Assembly (NCBI GenBank): GCA_029263555.1
Contig: JAJUFW010000001.1
Location: forward strand, 1-32,799
Direction of reading: 5' to 3'
Length of the DNA stretch: 32,799 nucleotides
Origin: Alphaproteobacteria bacterium
GTDB lineage: Bacteria > Pseudomonadota > Alphaproteobacteria > DSM-16000 > Inquilinaceae
In this document: positions 32,705 to 32,799 of the stretch, piece after piece
Layout: the number at the start of each line of letters is the position of its first letter
How positions within the stretch are numbered: the stretch's first letter is position 1
The notes under the pieces: model-generated
Databases searched by the model: none
What the model was told of the DNA's origin: nothing
The model's input: the letters and a program-made list of their open reading frames with translations, nothing else
Position numbers and translations under genes: made by a program

Positions 32705-32799
32705 ATGGAGCAGTCGCTGGCCACGATCGTCGACCGGAAACCCGGCTGGCCGTTCCGAGAGCTGCGCCTGCCCCTGGCCGGCGCCGTTCTGATCGTGCT
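32705..32799 (+). CDS. Possible 5' end of an unidentified gene (MEQSLATIVDRKPGWPFRELRLPLAGAVLIV...), cut by the window edge
   Basis: ATG 32705 begins a frame that stays open to the window end, with strongly G/C-biased third positions. The true start may lie further upstream. No family assignment is possible. Confidence 0.25.
   Translation, partial: MEQSLATIVDRKPGWPFRELRLPLAGAVLIV

Noticed and set aside
1-32799. A scan for tRNA/rRNA genes, CRISPR repeat arrays, IS elements or terminal inverted repeats, integrase/transposase genes and prophage genes.
   Set aside because: I saw no regularly spaced direct repeats, no cloverleaf-like conserved tRNA boxes and no transposase- or integrase-like ORFs. 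The only dispersed repeats are the IclR paralogs and the duplicated operator.

Overview
This is a visibly GC-rich, proteobacterial-type window, packed with catabolic and transport genes. About 30 CDS are supportable. I recognised no rRNA, tRNA, CRISPR array, transposase or integrase.

Layout:
1. 100-4566, minus strand. Two paralogous IclR regulators bracket a translationally coupled operon: thiolase-like protein, DUF35 Zn-ribbon protein and MBL-fold hydrolase.
2. 4928-5911, plus strand. A D-2-hydroxyacid dehydrogenase. Its upstream region carries one copy of a ~50 bp promoter/operator element. A second copy sits in front of the next operon.
3. 6154-20082, plus strand. A 12-gene, tightly coupled operon. 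Two Bug/TctC binding proteins sit at the 5' end and TctB/TctA at the 3' end. Between them are an acyl-CoA dehydrogenase, three MmgE/PrpD-family paralogs, two tandem family-III CoA-transferases (one lacks the catalytic Asp), a crotonase and a PrpF-family isomerase. An HD-domain gene follows. This looks like an uncharacterised CoA-dependent di/tricarboxylate pathway.
4. 20893-21877, minus strand. An Rrf2 regulator and a GNAT acetyltransferase.
5. 22050-31449. A prFMN module: TAXI-TRAP transporter, benzoate-CoA-ligase-family ligase, UbiD-family decarboxylase, DUF2390 plus type-1 IPP isomerase, and MaoC plus UbiX.
6. 31725-32615. A SAM methyltransferase.

Most long ORFs lying antisense to these genes are GC-driven shadow ORFs. 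Many ORF-track starts were trimmed to internal starts supported by RBS, ATGA/TGATG junctions and homolog N-termini. All family calls come from reading motifs by eye. No database search was run.
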